Below, in pieces: positions 1 through 10,312 of a stretch of 64,000 nucleotides of DNA. The position numbers and the translations under genes are program-made. Each line of letters starts with the position of its first letter. The first letter of the stretch is position 1. Below the pieces are notes generated by a model. That model had not been told where the DNA came from and searched no databases. It saw only the letters and a list, made by a program, of their open reading frames with translations. Source of the DNA: Bacillota bacterium (GTDB taxonomy: Bacteria > Bacillota_I > Bacilli_A > RF39 > UBA660); contig JAETPN010000001.1 of NCBI GenBank assembly GCA_021771185.1, positions 4,366 to 68,365 on the forward strand, given 5' to 3'.

Positions 1-610
1 TCTTTTTTCCAAGAATATGGCGTTTTGTATCTTTTGCTTGATACTCTATTTCTATTTTCTTACCTACTGTACTTGTATCTAATTTTGTTATTAATTTCCC
101 ATTAACATAAGGTCCTACTACAGAAATTTCTTCTCCTAAGATATCTTTTGCCGTTACTTTAGGAAAGGTATAAGTTCCATTTACCTCTACCGTTTGTTCT
201 AAATTTTTCATTTTTATTTTTGGTAAATAAGAAGAAGCTACTTCGTTACATGTTTTTTCAACATAGGTATATTGATAATCTTTTCCAGCAGGTTTTACCA
301 TCACACAACCATTCATTCGTTCATTGGTACGTGGATCTAAAATTTCCTCTGTATCAAGATCATGATGATCTACAAGTTCTTTGATAGTTAAAAAACGTGC
401 ATCTTTTTTTTCTGTTGGCAATTCATCTATTTCTTTTAAGTAGTAATCTTTCGCAGCTTTTTCAATTGTTCTTACCTGATTTTTATATAATTCATCTTTT
501 GAAGTGTCTAATAATCTTAATATTTTAGGGAGAGTATAGAGTGTTAATAAAATAGCCAGTACTGTCATAACCATCACTTCAATTAACGTAAATCCCTGAT
601 TCTTTTTCAC
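1..610 (-). CDS. type IV pilin-like protein (prepilin-type N-terminal cleavage/methylation domain), C-terminally truncated by the window edge
   Basis: The minus-strand ORF runs off the window start. Its N-terminus, VKKNQGFTLIEVMV, carries the classic G/FTLIE prepilin peptidase site followed by a hydrophobic helix. A GTG start at 610 is preceded by a GAAGG RBS. The protein is paralogous over about 200 aa to the downstream 950-aa pilin-like protein. Confidence 0.55.
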   Translation of the reverse strand, partial: MKKNQGFTLIEVMVMTVLAILLTLYTLPKILRLLDTSKDELYKNQVRTIEKAAKDYYLKEIDELPTEKKDARFLTIKELVDHHDLDTEEILDPRTNERMNGCVMVKPAGKDYQYTYVEKTCNEVASSYLPKIKMKNLEQTVEVNGTYTFPKVTAKDILGEEISVVGPYVNGKLITKLDTSTVGKKIEIEYQAKDTKRHILGKK

Positions 611-680
611 AATTATCTACCTTCTTTTATTTTATTATATCGAAAAACAAAGGAAAAAGATAGACCTTTTTTGATCTATC

Positions 681-3530
681 TTAATAATGCCAACAAGATT
701 TATATCCACAATAAGTCGCATTTGTACAAGATTTATATTTACTACACTTACTATCTTCACATCCAGCTTTTGAACAACGTTTTGCTGTAGTACATTCATA
801 ATTGTCACGATCTTTGATATATTGATATCCATTCTTTTGGTAACCTCCACCCCCAACAGTTGGTAAGGTACATCCATATTTATAATATTCATGAACACGG
901 TTGCGATATCCTACACCATTCCACGTAGTATAATTCCATGATCCATAGGTACTTCCCAAATCGGTTGCTTGACAAGATGGACTCTTATATTCATTGGTTG
1001 TTCCAGTTTTAGTCCAGGTTTCACATCCACACTGAGTATAACTTCGCTTATACTTTGTACATGTCGTTGTTGCGCAACCACAGCGTTTATCTGTACATGT
1101 TGCAGCTCCACAAGATTTATTTTTTCCATAAACTTTTATTTTATATTCTTTTGTATTACTTACACTAACTGCGGCACCATTTTTACAAGTTGCTGTTACT
1201 TTTCGAGGATTTCCAGCGGATCCTAAAGTAACTTTACGTGCATTGGTTCCAGCACTAGATCCTGTATCATTTGTATCATCTTTTATGGTTATACTACTTA
1301 ATCCACTAAGTCCTACATTACATTTAGCAGTAACTACTGCTCCACTTTTATAAATTCCGCTACTAACAGTTTCTCCACTAATACTCCATGTAATAGTTGG
1401 TTTTACAGTATCAATGTATACTAATACTGTCACACTTCTTGTATGTCCAACATTATCAGTCATTGTAATTTTTCCATAACGAATACCATTTCCTGTAAGC
1501 GTTTTATCTCCACCACTTAAAGATGGACTACCTGAACCATTAAGCGTTGTATTTAAGGTGTTTTTACCTGATTGATTCCATTCCCATTTCTGTGATTTTA
1601 AACCACTTAAAGATTCTGTTACATCAATATCGAAATAATATCCATAATTTTTCCATGTTTTAATTTCTGTATTCGCATTTGTTTTATCAACTAAAACACT
1701 ACCTGTTTTTCCACCACCAGATTCTTTATAAGTTCTTACACGAATCGTTGGTGCTGTATGGTCTAGTTTAATGATCTTCTTTACACCAGAGGAAACATTT
1801 CCAGCTTTATCTTTTGCTTTCCATGTAATCGTGTGGGTACCTTCTTTTTCCAGTCGTTTATAAGCACTTGTTCCACTTGTTCCATCAACACTCCATGTAT
1901 ATCCAGAAAAACCACTCATTACTTTACTATTTTCTTTTCCTGGTACATCTTTTCCATCCGTTGCGACACTTAATACATATTTACTATCCCATGTATTATT
2001 CGCAATCGTTTTTAAGCCACTTCCGGTTGTACTATTTCGATTAGGATCTTTATAAAGAGTAACTGTTGGTGCCGCTGGTGCAGTTTTATCAATTCTTATG
2101 ATATATTTCTCACTAATTTCACTTACATTTCCAGCTGCATCTTTCGCACGAACGTAATAATGTTGTTCCTGTTCTTTGCTTTCCACATTGGATGTCATCT
2201 TTGTCCATGTTTTACGATCAATACTACGTTCATATGTTATGCTACTTTGGTTTCCACATTGTTCCGAATCTGTTGAACTTTGTACCTGAGCAACATTTGT
2301 ATTTACCCATGCCCCAGAAGAAATGACAGAACCAGCATTATTATTTTTACGTAAGGTAATCTTTGGTTTCGATGGTGCAGTTTTATCAATATTTGTAATT
2401 CCAAATGGAAAAGCTTCACTAATATTCCCATCTTGATCCTTTACCTTCATTGTTACAGATTGATTTTTAGTAAATACTTTTTTAGGTGACGTTTGCCAGG
2501 TTGTACCATTATCAAAAGAGTATCCTACAATTTTACTTTTACTTGATACCCCACTAATATTTAAGGTAACATCTTTATTTTGACAATTTTTTGTGTTTCC
2601 AGTAACACCAGTAATCTTTGGTAAAACATCATTTTTTATGACCACTGTAACCGTTAGTTTTCTTTTATTACCAGATTCATCTTCAGCTTCATAAACAATA
2701 CGATAAGTACCTGGTAAATTACTAACTGTGCTTGTGACTTTATAATCATTTCCATTAGGCTGTTTTACCACTTTTCCACTATTATCAAAAACAGATGCGG
2801 TTGGTATCGTAAATTTATTATCACGTAAGGAATAATAATAAGTAAAGTTATTTGTTTTTCCTTGTACTGTAATAATTGGAGCGATCGTGTCAACAACGGT
2901 TACTTGAATCACTAATTTCTTTTTATTTCCACTAGTATCTTGTGCAGTATAAGTAAGGTTATATTTTGTCCCAACGGTTGAAGTATTAACTTCAGAAACA
3001 TTTTTCCCAGTTTTTACATTTGTTATGGTTGGAGCGCTAACTGTTACCGGATTCCCATGAACATCCACTGCGGTGACTTCCTGGAAGTGGTAAGTCTCAT
3101 TAACTTCTACTTCTTGTTTTTTATTTATTCGATCATCAAAGATAATCAAATATTCACCCTTTGCAGTTTCACAACTTTCTTCGACATAATTGTAGATATG
3201 TTTTTTATTTTGACGAGCAATCACTAAACAACCATTCATTTCTTTATTATTCCTTGGATCTAGTACTTCCTCTGCATCTATAAAACCAGCGAGAGCTAAA
3301 TCCTTTAAGGATACATAAATGCGTTCATTTTCTTGTTTTGGAAGTTGAGTTGCATTTTTACTCCCCCAACTTTTTCCTGCCTCAATAATTTTTTCTATTT
3401 GTCTTTGATATAATCCATTCTTACTACTATTAATCGTTGATAATACCATTGGTGTTGCAATAACAGCAATGACAGATAAAAGTAATAATACAGCCAATGT
3501 TTCTATTAAGGTGAAGCCCTTTTTCTTCAT
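681..3530 (-). CDS. giant type IV pilin-like protein (about 950 aa) with repeated Ig-like domains and a cysteine-rich C-terminal domain
   Basis: The track ORF is 681..3596. The start is reassigned to the ATG at 3530 (MKKKGFTLIETLAVLLL), which is preceded by an AAAGGAGTG RBS. The N-terminus has the class III prepilin signal GFTLIE. At least five repeated roughly 90-aa modules begin with D(T/K/H)(T/I)(A/K)P motifs. The last about 170 aa contain roughly 24 Cys. Confidence 0.6.
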   Translation of the reverse strand: MKKKGFTLIETLAVLLLLSVIAVIATPMVLSTINSSKNGLYQRQIEKIIEAGKSWGSKNATQLPKQENERIYVSLKDLALAGFIDAEEVLDPRNNKEMNGCLVIARQNKKHIYNYVEESCETAKGEYLIIFDDRINKKQEVEVNETYHFQEVTAVDVHGNPVTVSAPTITNVKTGKNVSEVNTSTVGTKYNLTYTAQDTSGNKKKLVIQVTVVDTIAPIITVQGKTNNFTYYYSLRDNKFTIPTASVFDNSGKVVKQPNGNDYKVTSTVSNLPGTYRIVYEAEDESGNKRKLTVTVVIKNDVLPKITGVTGNTKNCQNKDVTLNISGVSSKSKIVGYSFDNGTTWQTSPKKVFTKNQSVTMKVKDQDGNISEAFPFGITNIDKTAPSKPKITLRKNNNAGSVISSGAWVNTNVAQVQSSTDSEQCGNQSSITYERSIDRKTWTKMTSNVESKEQEQHYYVRAKDAAGNVSEISEKYIIRIDKTAPAAPTVTLYKDPNRNSTTGSGLKTIANNTWDSKYVLSVATDGKDVPGKENSKVMSGFSGYTWSVDGTSGTSAYKRLEKEGTHTITWKAKDKAGNVSSGVKKIIKLDHTAPTIRVRTYKESGGGKTGSVLVDKTNANTEIKTWKNYGYYFDIDVTESLSGLKSQKWEWNQSGKNTLNTTLNGSGSPSLSGGDKTLTGNGIRYGKITMTDNVGHTRSVTVLVYIDTVKPTITWSISGETVSSGIYKSGAVVTAKCNVGLSGLSSITIKDDTNDTGSSAGTNARKVTLGSAGNPRKVTATCKNGAAVSVSNTKEYKIKVYGKNKSCGAATCTDKRCGCATTTCTKYKRSYTQCGCETWTKTGTTNEYKSPSCQATDLGSTYGSWNYTTWNGVGYRNRVHEYYKYGCTLPTVGGGGYQKNGYQYIKDRDNYECTTAKRCSKAGCEDSKCSKYKSCTNATYCGYKSCWHY

Positions 3531-3620
3531 GTTATTCACTCCTTTATGATCCTTACTTTCTTTATTTAGTATATCAAAAATGCGATCTAAAATCAATAAA
3601 TATCCAAAGAAAAAGAAGCG

Positions 3621-5174
3621 CTATTTTGCTTCTTCAATAACTCTAGTTTCACGGATAACCGTTACTTTAATAGTTCCTGGATATTGCATCGTTTCTTCAA
3701 TTTTATTTTTAATATCACGAGCAATTTTATGACTCTTTAAATCATCTACTTCATTTGGTTTAACAATAACACGAAGTTCACGCCCTGCTTGAACAGCAAA
3801 GGTTTTATCTACACCCTCCATATTATTTCCAACTGCCTCTAAATCTTGTAAACGTTTAATATAGTTTTCTAAAGAATCACTACGAGCTCCTGGACGAGAC
3901 GCACTTAAAGCATCTGCAATTGCAACAATTTCTGCAATAATACTTGTTGCTGGTTTATCTCCATGATGAGATTCAATCGCATTAATTACAATCTCATGCT
4001 CTTTATACTTTTCAGCAATCATACTTCCAATTTCTACATGACTACCTTCCATTTCATGATCAATTGCTTTTCCAATATCATGTAATAATCCAGCACGTTT
4101 TGCAAGTGTTACATTTTCGCCAATTTCCGCAGCGATGATTCCAGAAAGACTAGCAACTTCTAAAGAATGTTTTAACGCATTTTGACCATAACTTGTACGG
4201 AAATGAAGTTTTCCGATTGTCTCTACAAGTTCTGGATCCATTTTTGTAATACCTAATTCAAAAAGTGCAGATTGTCCATATTCTAATAACTTCGCCTTCA
4301 TATCTTTTGAAGTTTTTGCATAAAGTTCCTCAATTCGTGTTGGATGGATACGTCCATCTTTAATTAAAGATTCTAAGGTAACACGAGCTATTTCCCTACG
4401 ATAAGGATCGAAGCTAGAAAGAACAATTGCCTCTGGTGTATCATCAATAATAAGATCAACGCCAGTTACAGCTTCAATTGTACGAATATTTCGTCCTTCA
4501 CGTCCAATAATTCGTCCCTTCATTTCATCATTCGGTAAAGTAACAACGGTAACAGTTTGTTCTCCTGCAACATCAGCCGCATACTTTTGCATCGTTGTCA
4601 ACAACATCGATTTTGCTTTTTTATCTACTTCTAATTTTGCTTCTGCTTCTTGATCTTTAATATAAGCCGCAATTTCTAAACTCATCATATCTTCTACCTT
4701 TTTCATGACAAGTTTGCGGGCTTCATTTTTTGAATATCCTGCAATATTTTCAAGTAATTCAATTTGTTGTTTTTTTATATCCTCCACTTTACCTAATTCT
4801 TCTTGAAGTTCTTTTTGCTTATTAATTATATGATTTTCTTTTTCCTCTAACATTTCCTCACGATTTTGTAACGTAGCATCTCTACGATCCATATTTCCCT
4901 CGCGTGTTAGTAGGCGTTGTTCTGACTCACGGATTTCATTTTTCTTTTCTTTTACTTCACGATCCATGTCCATTTTAATCTTATGAGCTTCTTCTTTAGC
5001 TTCTAAAATTTGATCACGTTTCATTTTTTCCGCGTCTTTTTTTGCTTTTTCAAGCATTTTATCCACTTTCGAAGAAACGGTTGTCCCTCTAACATAATTA
5101 ATGATTGTCACAAGGCCAATCCCTACAAAAAGTCCAACAATGACTAGTAAAATAGAGAAGCTTACATTTTCCAT
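3621..5174 (-). CDS. rny: ribonuclease Y
   Basis: 517 aa with an N-terminal TM helix, a coiled-coil region, a KH domain ([12 protein letters not shown]) and an HD domain (LLHDIGK, ESHHGD). A strong [11 protein letters not shown] precedes the ATG at 5174. Confidence 0.92.
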   Translation of the reverse strand: MENVSFSILLVIVGLFVGIGLVTIINYVRGTTVSSKVDKMLEKAKKDAEKMKRDQILEAKEEAHKIKMDMDREVKEKKNEIRESEQRLLTREGNMDRRDATLQNREEMLEEKENHIINKQKELQEELGKVEDIKKQQIELLENIAGYSKNEARKLVMKKVEDMMSLEIAAYIKDQEAEAKLEVDKKAKSMLLTTMQKYAADVAGEQTVTVVTLPNDEMKGRIIGREGRNIRTIEAVTGVDLIIDDTPEAIVLSSFDPYRREIARVTLESLIKDGRIHPTRIEELYAKTSKDMKAKLLEYGQSALFELGITKMDPELVETIGKLHFRTSYGQNALKHSLEVASLSGIIAAEIGENVTLAKRAGLLHDIGKAIDHEMEGSHVEIGSMIAEKYKEHEIVINAIESHHGDKPATSIIAEIVAIADALSASRPGARSDSLENYIKRLQDLEAVGNNMEGVDKTFAVQAGRELRVIVKPNEVDDLKSHKIARDIKNKIEETMQYPGTIKVTVIRETRVIEEAK

Positions 5175-5295
5175 ATAATGTACCTCCCTTTATATCAAGT
5201 AAAATTATATTTCACTCTATTTCTATTTTAAAGGGAATTATGAAATAAGTCAAGGCAAAATAAAAATGTAACCGAAGTTACATTTACATACAAAA

Positions 5296-5372
5296 TGGTG
5301 ACCTGTACGAGATTTGAACTCGTGAATGCATGCGTGAAAGGCATGTGTGTTAAACCGCTTCACCAACAGGCC
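5296..5372 (-). tRNA. tRNA-Glu (anticodon TTC)
   Basis: The reverse complement folds as a cloverleaf, GGCCTGTTGGTGAAGCGG...ACGAGTTCAAATCTCGT...CCA. The anticodon loop is CTTTCAC. CCA is encoded. Confidence 0.8.
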
Positions 5373-5380
5373 AATTAAAA

Positions 5381-5457
5381 TGGCGCCTCTTGTAGGACTC
5401 GAACCTACGACCCCCTGATTAACAGTCAGATGCTCTAACCAACTGAGCTAAAGAGGC
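5381..5457 (-). tRNA. tRNA-Asn (anticodon GTT)
   Basis: The reverse complement reads GCCTCTTTAGCTCAGTTGG...CTGTTAA loop...GGTTCGAGTCC...AAGAGGCGCCA. The acceptor stem is a perfect 7 bp. Confidence 0.8.
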
Positions 5458-5465
5458 ATTATAAA

Positions 5466-5542
<77 letters not shown>

Positions 5543-5571
5543 ATTTATAACGGACTATTAAAGTATACCGT

Positions 5572-5590
5572 ATTTTTTTGATTTTATCAA
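5572..5590 (-). promoter_or_regulatory. sigmaA-type promoter of the Ile-Asn-Glu tRNA operon (TTGATA-17-TATACT on the minus strand)
   Basis: The reverse complement of 5572..5590 gives TTGATAaaatcaaaaaaatacggTATACT. It lies about 25 nt upstream of the tRNA-Ile 5' end. Confidence 0.5.
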
Positions 5591-5800
5591 CCCTTTTGTT
5601 TAATTTTTTTGATATTTTTCTTCTTTCACATTATATTTTACTCCAAAAGCAATTTTATTATAACATATTTCTTATATTTTTCCAATTCTTTTTTGCAATA
5701 AAAAAGCAGATTTTAATTAGAATCTCCCCTATTTTAATTTAATTCAACTTTTTCGTAGTTATGTTTGAATAATGATTTCTAAATATTTTTAAGATTCTAC

Positions 5801-5829
5801 TATTCAAACAGAAAAAAATGTGTTATAAT
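5801..5829 (+). promoter_or_regulatory. promoter of tRNA-Lys with an extended -10 (TGtTATAAT)
   Basis: TGTTATAAT lies at 5821-5829, 11 nt upstream of the tRNA 5' end. A weak -35 (TTCAAA/TATTCA) precedes it. Confidence 0.5.
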
Positions 5830-5840
5830 GTATGAGTCAT

Positions 5841-5916
5841 GGACTGTTAGCTCAGTTGGTAGAGCAACTGACTCTTAATCAGTGGGTCTAGGGTTCGAGT
5901 CCCTAACAGTCCACCA
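5841..5916 (+). tRNA. tRNA-Lys (anticodon CTT)
   Basis: GGACTGTTAGCTCAGTTGGTAGAGC...ACTGA CTCTTAA TCAGT...GGTTCGAGTCCC...CCA. A small hairpin with a T-run follows at 5931-5951. Confidence 0.85.
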
Positions 5917-6049
5917 AATTTGATACCAAACTCTAACTAAAAGTTAGGGTTTTAATATACCTTAAAACCAATTCTATTTGTGCATCATATCTTTTTTATT
6001 TATTTGAATATTTTTCTATTTTCTGTTCATAACAACAATGGAGGTTAAT

Positions 6050-7510
6050 ATGAAAAATGAATCCATATGGGAATTACCAATTTGTAGTACACCAAAATTA
6101 GAAACAGACCTTGATGTTGATATTTTAATTATTGGTGGTGGTATGGCTGGAATGAATACTGCCTATCACTTAAGAGGAAGCAAAGAAAAAATTGTCTTGA
6201 TTGATCGTGATACAACTTCGTATGGTGTAACAAAAAACACAACTGGGAAGCTTACTTTTTTACAAGAAGGAATCTACCCACAAATTGAAGATGCACGTGG
6301 GAAAGAAGATGCCAAAGAATATTTTTATAGTCAAAAAGATGCAGTTCGATTAGCGAAAAATATTATTTTATCTAATCATATTGATTGTGATCTATTAGAA
6401 TTAGATAGTTATTTATTCGCAAGTGTGGATACGAAAGAATTAAAAAAAGAAAAGAAATTTTTAAATCATGTCAATGAAAAATATCAAACACATGAGAAAT
6501 TACCTATCCCTTTTCCTTGTGTAGAAGCGATTTCTGTATCTGGCACGTATACTTTTCATCCATTAAAATATTTAAGAGCTTTAAAAGAAATTATTTTAAA
6601 AAGCGGAATTACGATTTATGATCATACCAAAGCGATAGCTATTGACAAGGAAGATGATGGTTATCTTGTGCATACAAATGGCGGCGATATTAAAGCAAAA
6701 AAAGTTGTGGTGGCAACACATTACCCCTTCTTTGTTCTTCCTGCCCTATTACCTCTTAGTTTAAAACTTGATAAAAGCTATTTATTAGCTGCCAATAAGG
6801 AAGAAGAAGATGTTTTTACAGCAGTTAGCACAGACGCCCCATATTATACCTTTCGTGTCGATCAAAATCATTTTATCTTTGGTGGATATTCACATAATTT
6901 AGCTACAAAATTAAATTATAAACAAAATCATGATGAAATGATGAATTATTTTAAAGATCATTTTCAAAAAGATATTTTATGTTTTTGGTCTACACATGAT
7001 ATGACATCGAAAGATCATTTACCAATGATTGGAGCATTAAATGAAGAAAATCCCAATTTATATATTGCGACCGCTTTTCATAAGTGGGGAATGACAAATG
7101 GAATTCTAGCTGGAAAAGTAATTGCTGATCTTATTTTAGAAAAAGAAAATAAATATGCAAAATTACTTAAACCAGATCGCTTGTTAACACCAAAATCACT
7201 TTTAAATAAAATTGGTGATAATGGAATGATTGATATGACCTATATAAATACCAAAATAAATAAGGAAAAAGATTTTTATAAAAATATTACATTTGAAGAA
7301 TGTGATGGACTTCCTACCGCAACTTATACAGATGAGACTGGAGTAAAACATACTGTTATTAATCGTTGTCCACATTTAAAATGTAGTTTAATTTTTAATG
7401 AACTTGATAAAACGTGGGATTGTCCTTGTCATGGTTCTAGATTTACTTTAGATGGTGAGTTAATGCAAGGCCCTAGTGTGTATGATATTACATTCAAAAA
7501 AGACAGATAA
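6050..7510 (+). CDS. FAD-dependent oxidoreductase with a C-terminal Rieske [2Fe-2S] domain (YhfW-like)
   Basis: The N-terminus has a dinucleotide-binding motif (DILIIGGGMAGMNTAY). The C-terminal Rieske motifs are CPHLKC...CPCHGS. The start is moved to the ATG at 6050 (MKNES), which sits 6 nt after GGAGG. The track start at 6038 has no RBS. Confidence 0.75.
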   Translation: MKNESIWELPICSTPKLETDLDVDILIIGGGMAGMNTAYHLRGSKEKIVLIDRDTTSYGVTKNTTGKLTFLQEGIYPQIEDARGKEDAKEYFYSQKDAVRLAKNIILSNHIDCDLLELDSYLFASVDTKELKKEKKFLNHVNEKYQTHEKLPIPFPCVEAISVSGTYTFHPLKYLRALKEIILKSGITIYDHTKAIAIDKEDDGYLVHTNGGDIKAKKVVVATHYPFFVLPALLPLSLKLDKSYLLAANKEEEDVFTAVSTDAPYYTFRVDQNHFIFGGYSHNLATKLNYKQNHDEMMNYFKDHFQKDILCFWSTHDMTSKDHLPMIGALNEENPNLYIATAFHKWGMTNGILAGKVIADLILEKENKYAKLLKPDRLLTPKSLLNKIGDNGMIDMTYINTKINKEKDFYKNITFEECDGLPTATYTDETGVKHTVINRCPHLKCSLIFNELDKTWDCPCHGSRFTLDGELMQGPSVYDITFKKDR

Positions 7511-7532
7511 ATTATCTGTCTATTTTTTGAAT
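7501..7532. terminator. bidirectional rho-independent terminator between the convergent oxidoreductase and ddl genes
   Basis: AGACAGATAAattaTCTGTCT hairpin, flanked by an A-run on one side and a T-run on the other. Confidence 0.6.
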
Positions 7533-8710
7533 TTTAATTTCCCTTTTGATCCTTTTAGTCCATTAAAATTACTTAGGATATTTGTATCAAAAGAGGATGT
7601 TTTTTTATGCATCTTTTTATAATCTTTAATTGCAAGCGTAATTGCTTCATCTAATAATTTTGTATAAGGTTTTCCAGTTGGTTCCCATAAATAGAAAGAT
7701 AAAGATCCTGGAATTGTATTTGGTTCATTAATATATACTTTCTTACTTTTTTTATCAATTAAGAAATCAATACGACAAATACCGCTTAAATTAAGTGCAC
7801 GGAAGGCACTTTTCGCGATTTCTTCTACTTTCGTTTTGGTTTTAGCGTCTAATCTTGCAGGAATAATACGATCTGTCGCAACCATTCCTTTGGTTTTTCC
7901 ACCTTTTCCATTTCCAATATATTTATCTTGATACGTTAAGAAGTCATCATCACTCATTACTTCTTCTAATTCACTTGTTTGTTGGAATTCATAGTTTCCT
8001 ACTACACTACAGTTTACTTCTACTAAATTAGATACCGCTTTTTCTACAACAATTTTAGTATCATATTTAATAGCTTCCATAATAGCTTCATCTAATTGTT
8101 CTTCTTCTTTCACGTAAACAATCCCAATACTACTTCCTAAAGAAGCTGGTTTTACAATCACAGGATATCCTAGTTTTTTAACTTTGCTTGTGATCTCTTC
8201 TTTGCTTTCTAAGTATTCAGAATCATAAAACCATTCATAGTCAACAATTGGTAAATTCATCGATTTAAAGATTTGCTTCATGACAACTTTATCTTGCCCT
8301 AATGCTGAACCTAAAACATGACTTCCAACATAAGGAATTCCTACTGTTTGTAAATATCCAGCAATCGTTCCATCTTCTACATTACTTCCATGAACAATTG
8401 GAAATACAATATCTAATTCTGTTACTTTTCTTTTAAATAATCCTTTTACAGCTTGTAAGTAAAAAGTTCCATGATCATTATATAAAGTAACTTGTTTGGC
8501 ATATTTTTTTAATTCCTCAAAGTCTTTATAAATATCCATATCTAATAACATTTTACCTGTATACCACTGTCTATCTTTCGTAACATAAATAGGAATAAGT
8601 TCATATTTATCCTGATCTATACTTTGCATTGCTTGAACTGCTGAAATAATACTAATTTCATGTTCCACACTTGGTCCACCATATAAAACACCTAATTTAA
8701 TTTTCATCAT
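7520..8710 (-). CDS. ddl: D-alanine--D-alanine ligase
   Basis: The ATP-grasp Ddl signature is present (KIKLGVLYGGPSVEHEISIISA... EPNTIPG). There are four tandem in-frame start candidates (TTG-ATG-ATG-ATG). The second ATG at 8710 has the best GGAG spacing. The start region overlaps the murF stop (8713), indicating translational coupling. A basic C-terminal tail of about 35 aa is atypical. Confidence 0.85.
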   Translation of the reverse strand: MMKIKLGVLYGGPSVEHEISIISAVQAMQSIDQDKYELIPIYVTKDRQWYTGKMLLDMDIYKDFEELKKYAKQVTLYNDHGTFYLQAVKGLFKRKVTELDIVFPIVHGSNVEDGTIAGYLQTVGIPYVGSHVLGSALGQDKVVMKQIFKSMNLPIVDYEWFYDSEYLESKEEITSKVKKLGYPVIVKPASLGSSIGIVYVKEEEQLDEAIMEAIKYDTKIVVEKAVSNLVEVNCSVVGNYEFQQTSELEEVMSDDDFLTYQDKYIGNGKGGKTKGMVATDRIIPARLDAKTKTKVEEIAKSAFRALNLSGICRIDFLIDKKSKKVYINEPNTIPGSLSFYLWEPTGKPYTKLLDEAITLAIKDYKKMHKKTSSFDTNILSNFNGLKGSKGKLKFKK

Positions 8711-8712
8711 CA

Positions 8713-10311
8713 TCAACTCCTTGTCTTTTCATTAAATAAGTCTGGCAAATCATTTTCTATTAAAATATACGTTTCATCTTTCGCAAGACGATGCATTAAG
8801 ACGAAACCTTCTTTTACATCATTTAATACATGAATTTTCTTTTTGTTATATTTTTTGGACATTAATCCATCATAAATAGGTTTGGTCTGCTCCTCTCCTA
8901 CTAAGATGACTTCATCACACACCTCTGCAATATATTGTCCGAATTTCATATTTAATTCGTATTGTTCTGTTCCTAATTCAATCATCCCTGGTGTAATTAT
9001 GATTTTCTTTCCTGGCATTAAGTCTAAAACTTCTAAAGCCATTTTAGAACCTACAGGATTTGAATTATAAGCATCATCAATAATATTTAGTGTACCCACT
9101 TTTTTTAGTTCCAAACGATGTTCAATACTACGAACTTTTTTTACACCAGTTTGAAGTCCCGAAACTGCGATTCCAAGTTCACGTCCTAAAGCAATACTAG
9201 CAAGGATATTATAAATATTATGTTTTCCAAGGAGTCTTGTTTGGAAAGGATATTTTTTAGAATCCCCCTTAAATATAACATCAAAAGAAGTCCCTTTTTC
9301 AGATAATTTAATATTCGTTGCTTTTACATCAGCTTCTTCATTTTCAATACCAATCCATACAATTTTACAATCATTTTTTAGCTGATAGGAAACTTGATAT
9401 GGATCATCTGCATTTAAGATTCCAATGCCATCATGTGGTAAAGATTCAATTAATTCAAACTTCCCACTTTGGATGTTTTCTCTACTTCCAAAGGATTCTA
9501 AATGAGCAGTTCCAATGGTTGTTAATATTCCATACTTAGGACTTACTAAGTCACATAATTCTTTAATTTCGCCTTTTTTAAACGCACCCATTTCGGCAAT
9601 AAAGTAATCATTAAATTTATCTAAGTGATTATTAACACTGATAATCAGACCAATTGGGGTATTAAAGTTTTTTGGGGTTGGAAACACATTATATGAAACA
9701 TTTAAAACATCATTTAAAATATTTTTACTACTTGTTTTTCCGTAACTTCCAGTAATACCAATCACATCTAAATTAGACATTGATTTTAATTTACGCATTG
9801 CTTGATGTTTATAATGATTAAAAACCATTTTTTCAACTGGCTTATTAATGATTTCTGCAAGCATCACCACAAAACAATTAAAGTAAGCAAGTAATCCTAA
9901 AAGAACCATATAATAAGCAATAAATCCGGCTTGATATGTCGCTGCAATAACAACAATTGGTAAAAGATATAAAAGCGCTATTGTCACCATTAAACGCTTT
10001 ACTCGAGCTGTAATTTTAAGTGGAACTTTTACTTGTTCTTTTACTAGTGTACGATGATAAAAATACATAACAACGAAATAAAAGATAACAAATAATATCA
10101 TCGATATAAATTCTGGGGTAAATAAAAAAGCAAAAAAGATAAAGAAAAATCCATCAATATCGATAAAAACTTTCGTCTTATTTTGAAAAACCCATTTTAA
10201 GTAGCGCCCATCTAAATTATACCAATTAAGTTGATGCATGTGTAAAGACTTTTTTGTTTTAACTAATACATACGCAAGAAATGGTATTAATGATACTAAA
10301 AAATATAACAT
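8713..10311 (-). CDS. murF: UDP-N-acetylmuramoyl-tripeptide--D-alanyl-D-alanine ligase (MurF) fused to an N-terminal polytopic membrane domain of about 170 aa
   Basis: Mur ligase motifs are present: GITGSYGKTSSK (P-loop), IDDAYNSNP, TPGMIELG, and the RLE region. The first about 170 aa are 4-5 hydrophobic helices not found in canonical MurF. A strong GAAGGAGGA RBS precedes the ATG at 10311. The start lies 2 nt from the stop of the upstream hydrolase gene. Confidence 0.75.
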   Translation of the reverse strand: MLYFLVSLIPFLAYVLVKTKKSLHMHQLNWYNLDGRYLKWVFQNKTKVFIDIDGFFFIFFAFLFTPEFISMILFVIFYFVVMYFYHRTLVKEQVKVPLKITARVKRLMVTIALLYLLPIVVIAATYQAGFIAYYMVLLGLLAYFNCFVVMLAEIINKPVEKMVFNHYKHQAMRKLKSMSNLDVIGITGSYGKTSSKNILNDVLNVSYNVFPTPKNFNTPIGLIISVNNHLDKFNDYFIAEMGAFKKGEIKELCDLVSPKYGILTTIGTAHLESFGSRENIQSGKFELIESLPHDGIGILNADDPYQVSYQLKNDCKIVWIGIENEEADVKATNIKLSEKGTSFDVIFKGDSKKYPFQTRLLGKHNIYNILASIALGRELGIAVSGLQTGVKKVRSIEHRLELKKVGTLNIIDDAYNSNPVGSKMALEVLDLMPGKKIIITPGMIELGTEQYELNMKFGQYIAEVCDEVILVGEEQTKPIYDGLMSKKYNKKKIHVLNDVKEGFVLMHRLAKDETYILIENDLPDLFNEKTRS

Positions 10312-10312
10312 G

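Noticed and set aside
635-1226. Track ORFs 635..898(-), 911..1129(-) and 969..1226(+) overlapping the large pilin gene
   Set aside because: They are embedded out of frame or antisense within the 2.85-kb pilin CDS. They have low complexity and no RBS. These are typical spurious ORFs in AT-rich DNA.
1900-3100. Possible DNA-level tandem repeats in the giant pilin gene
   Set aside because: The repetition is at the protein-domain level (Ig-like modules with DxTAP motifs) and is highly diverged at the nucleotide level. It is neither a CRISPR nor a DNA repeat array.
5700-5745. Imperfect inverted repeat AGATTttaattaGAATCT in the divergent tRNA promoter spacer
   Set aside because: It has only 5-bp arms in about 70% AT sequence, which is expected by chance.
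6038-6049. Track start (MEVNM) of the oxidoreductase at 6038
   Set aside because: It has no SD. The ATG at 6050 sits 6 nt after GGAGG, so the start was moved to 6050.
8705-8716. MMMM N-terminus of Ddl
   Set aside because: The first 'M' of the track translation is a TTG three nt after GGAG. Only the downstream ATGs have acceptable SD spacing. This is an annotation artefact rather than a biological oddity.
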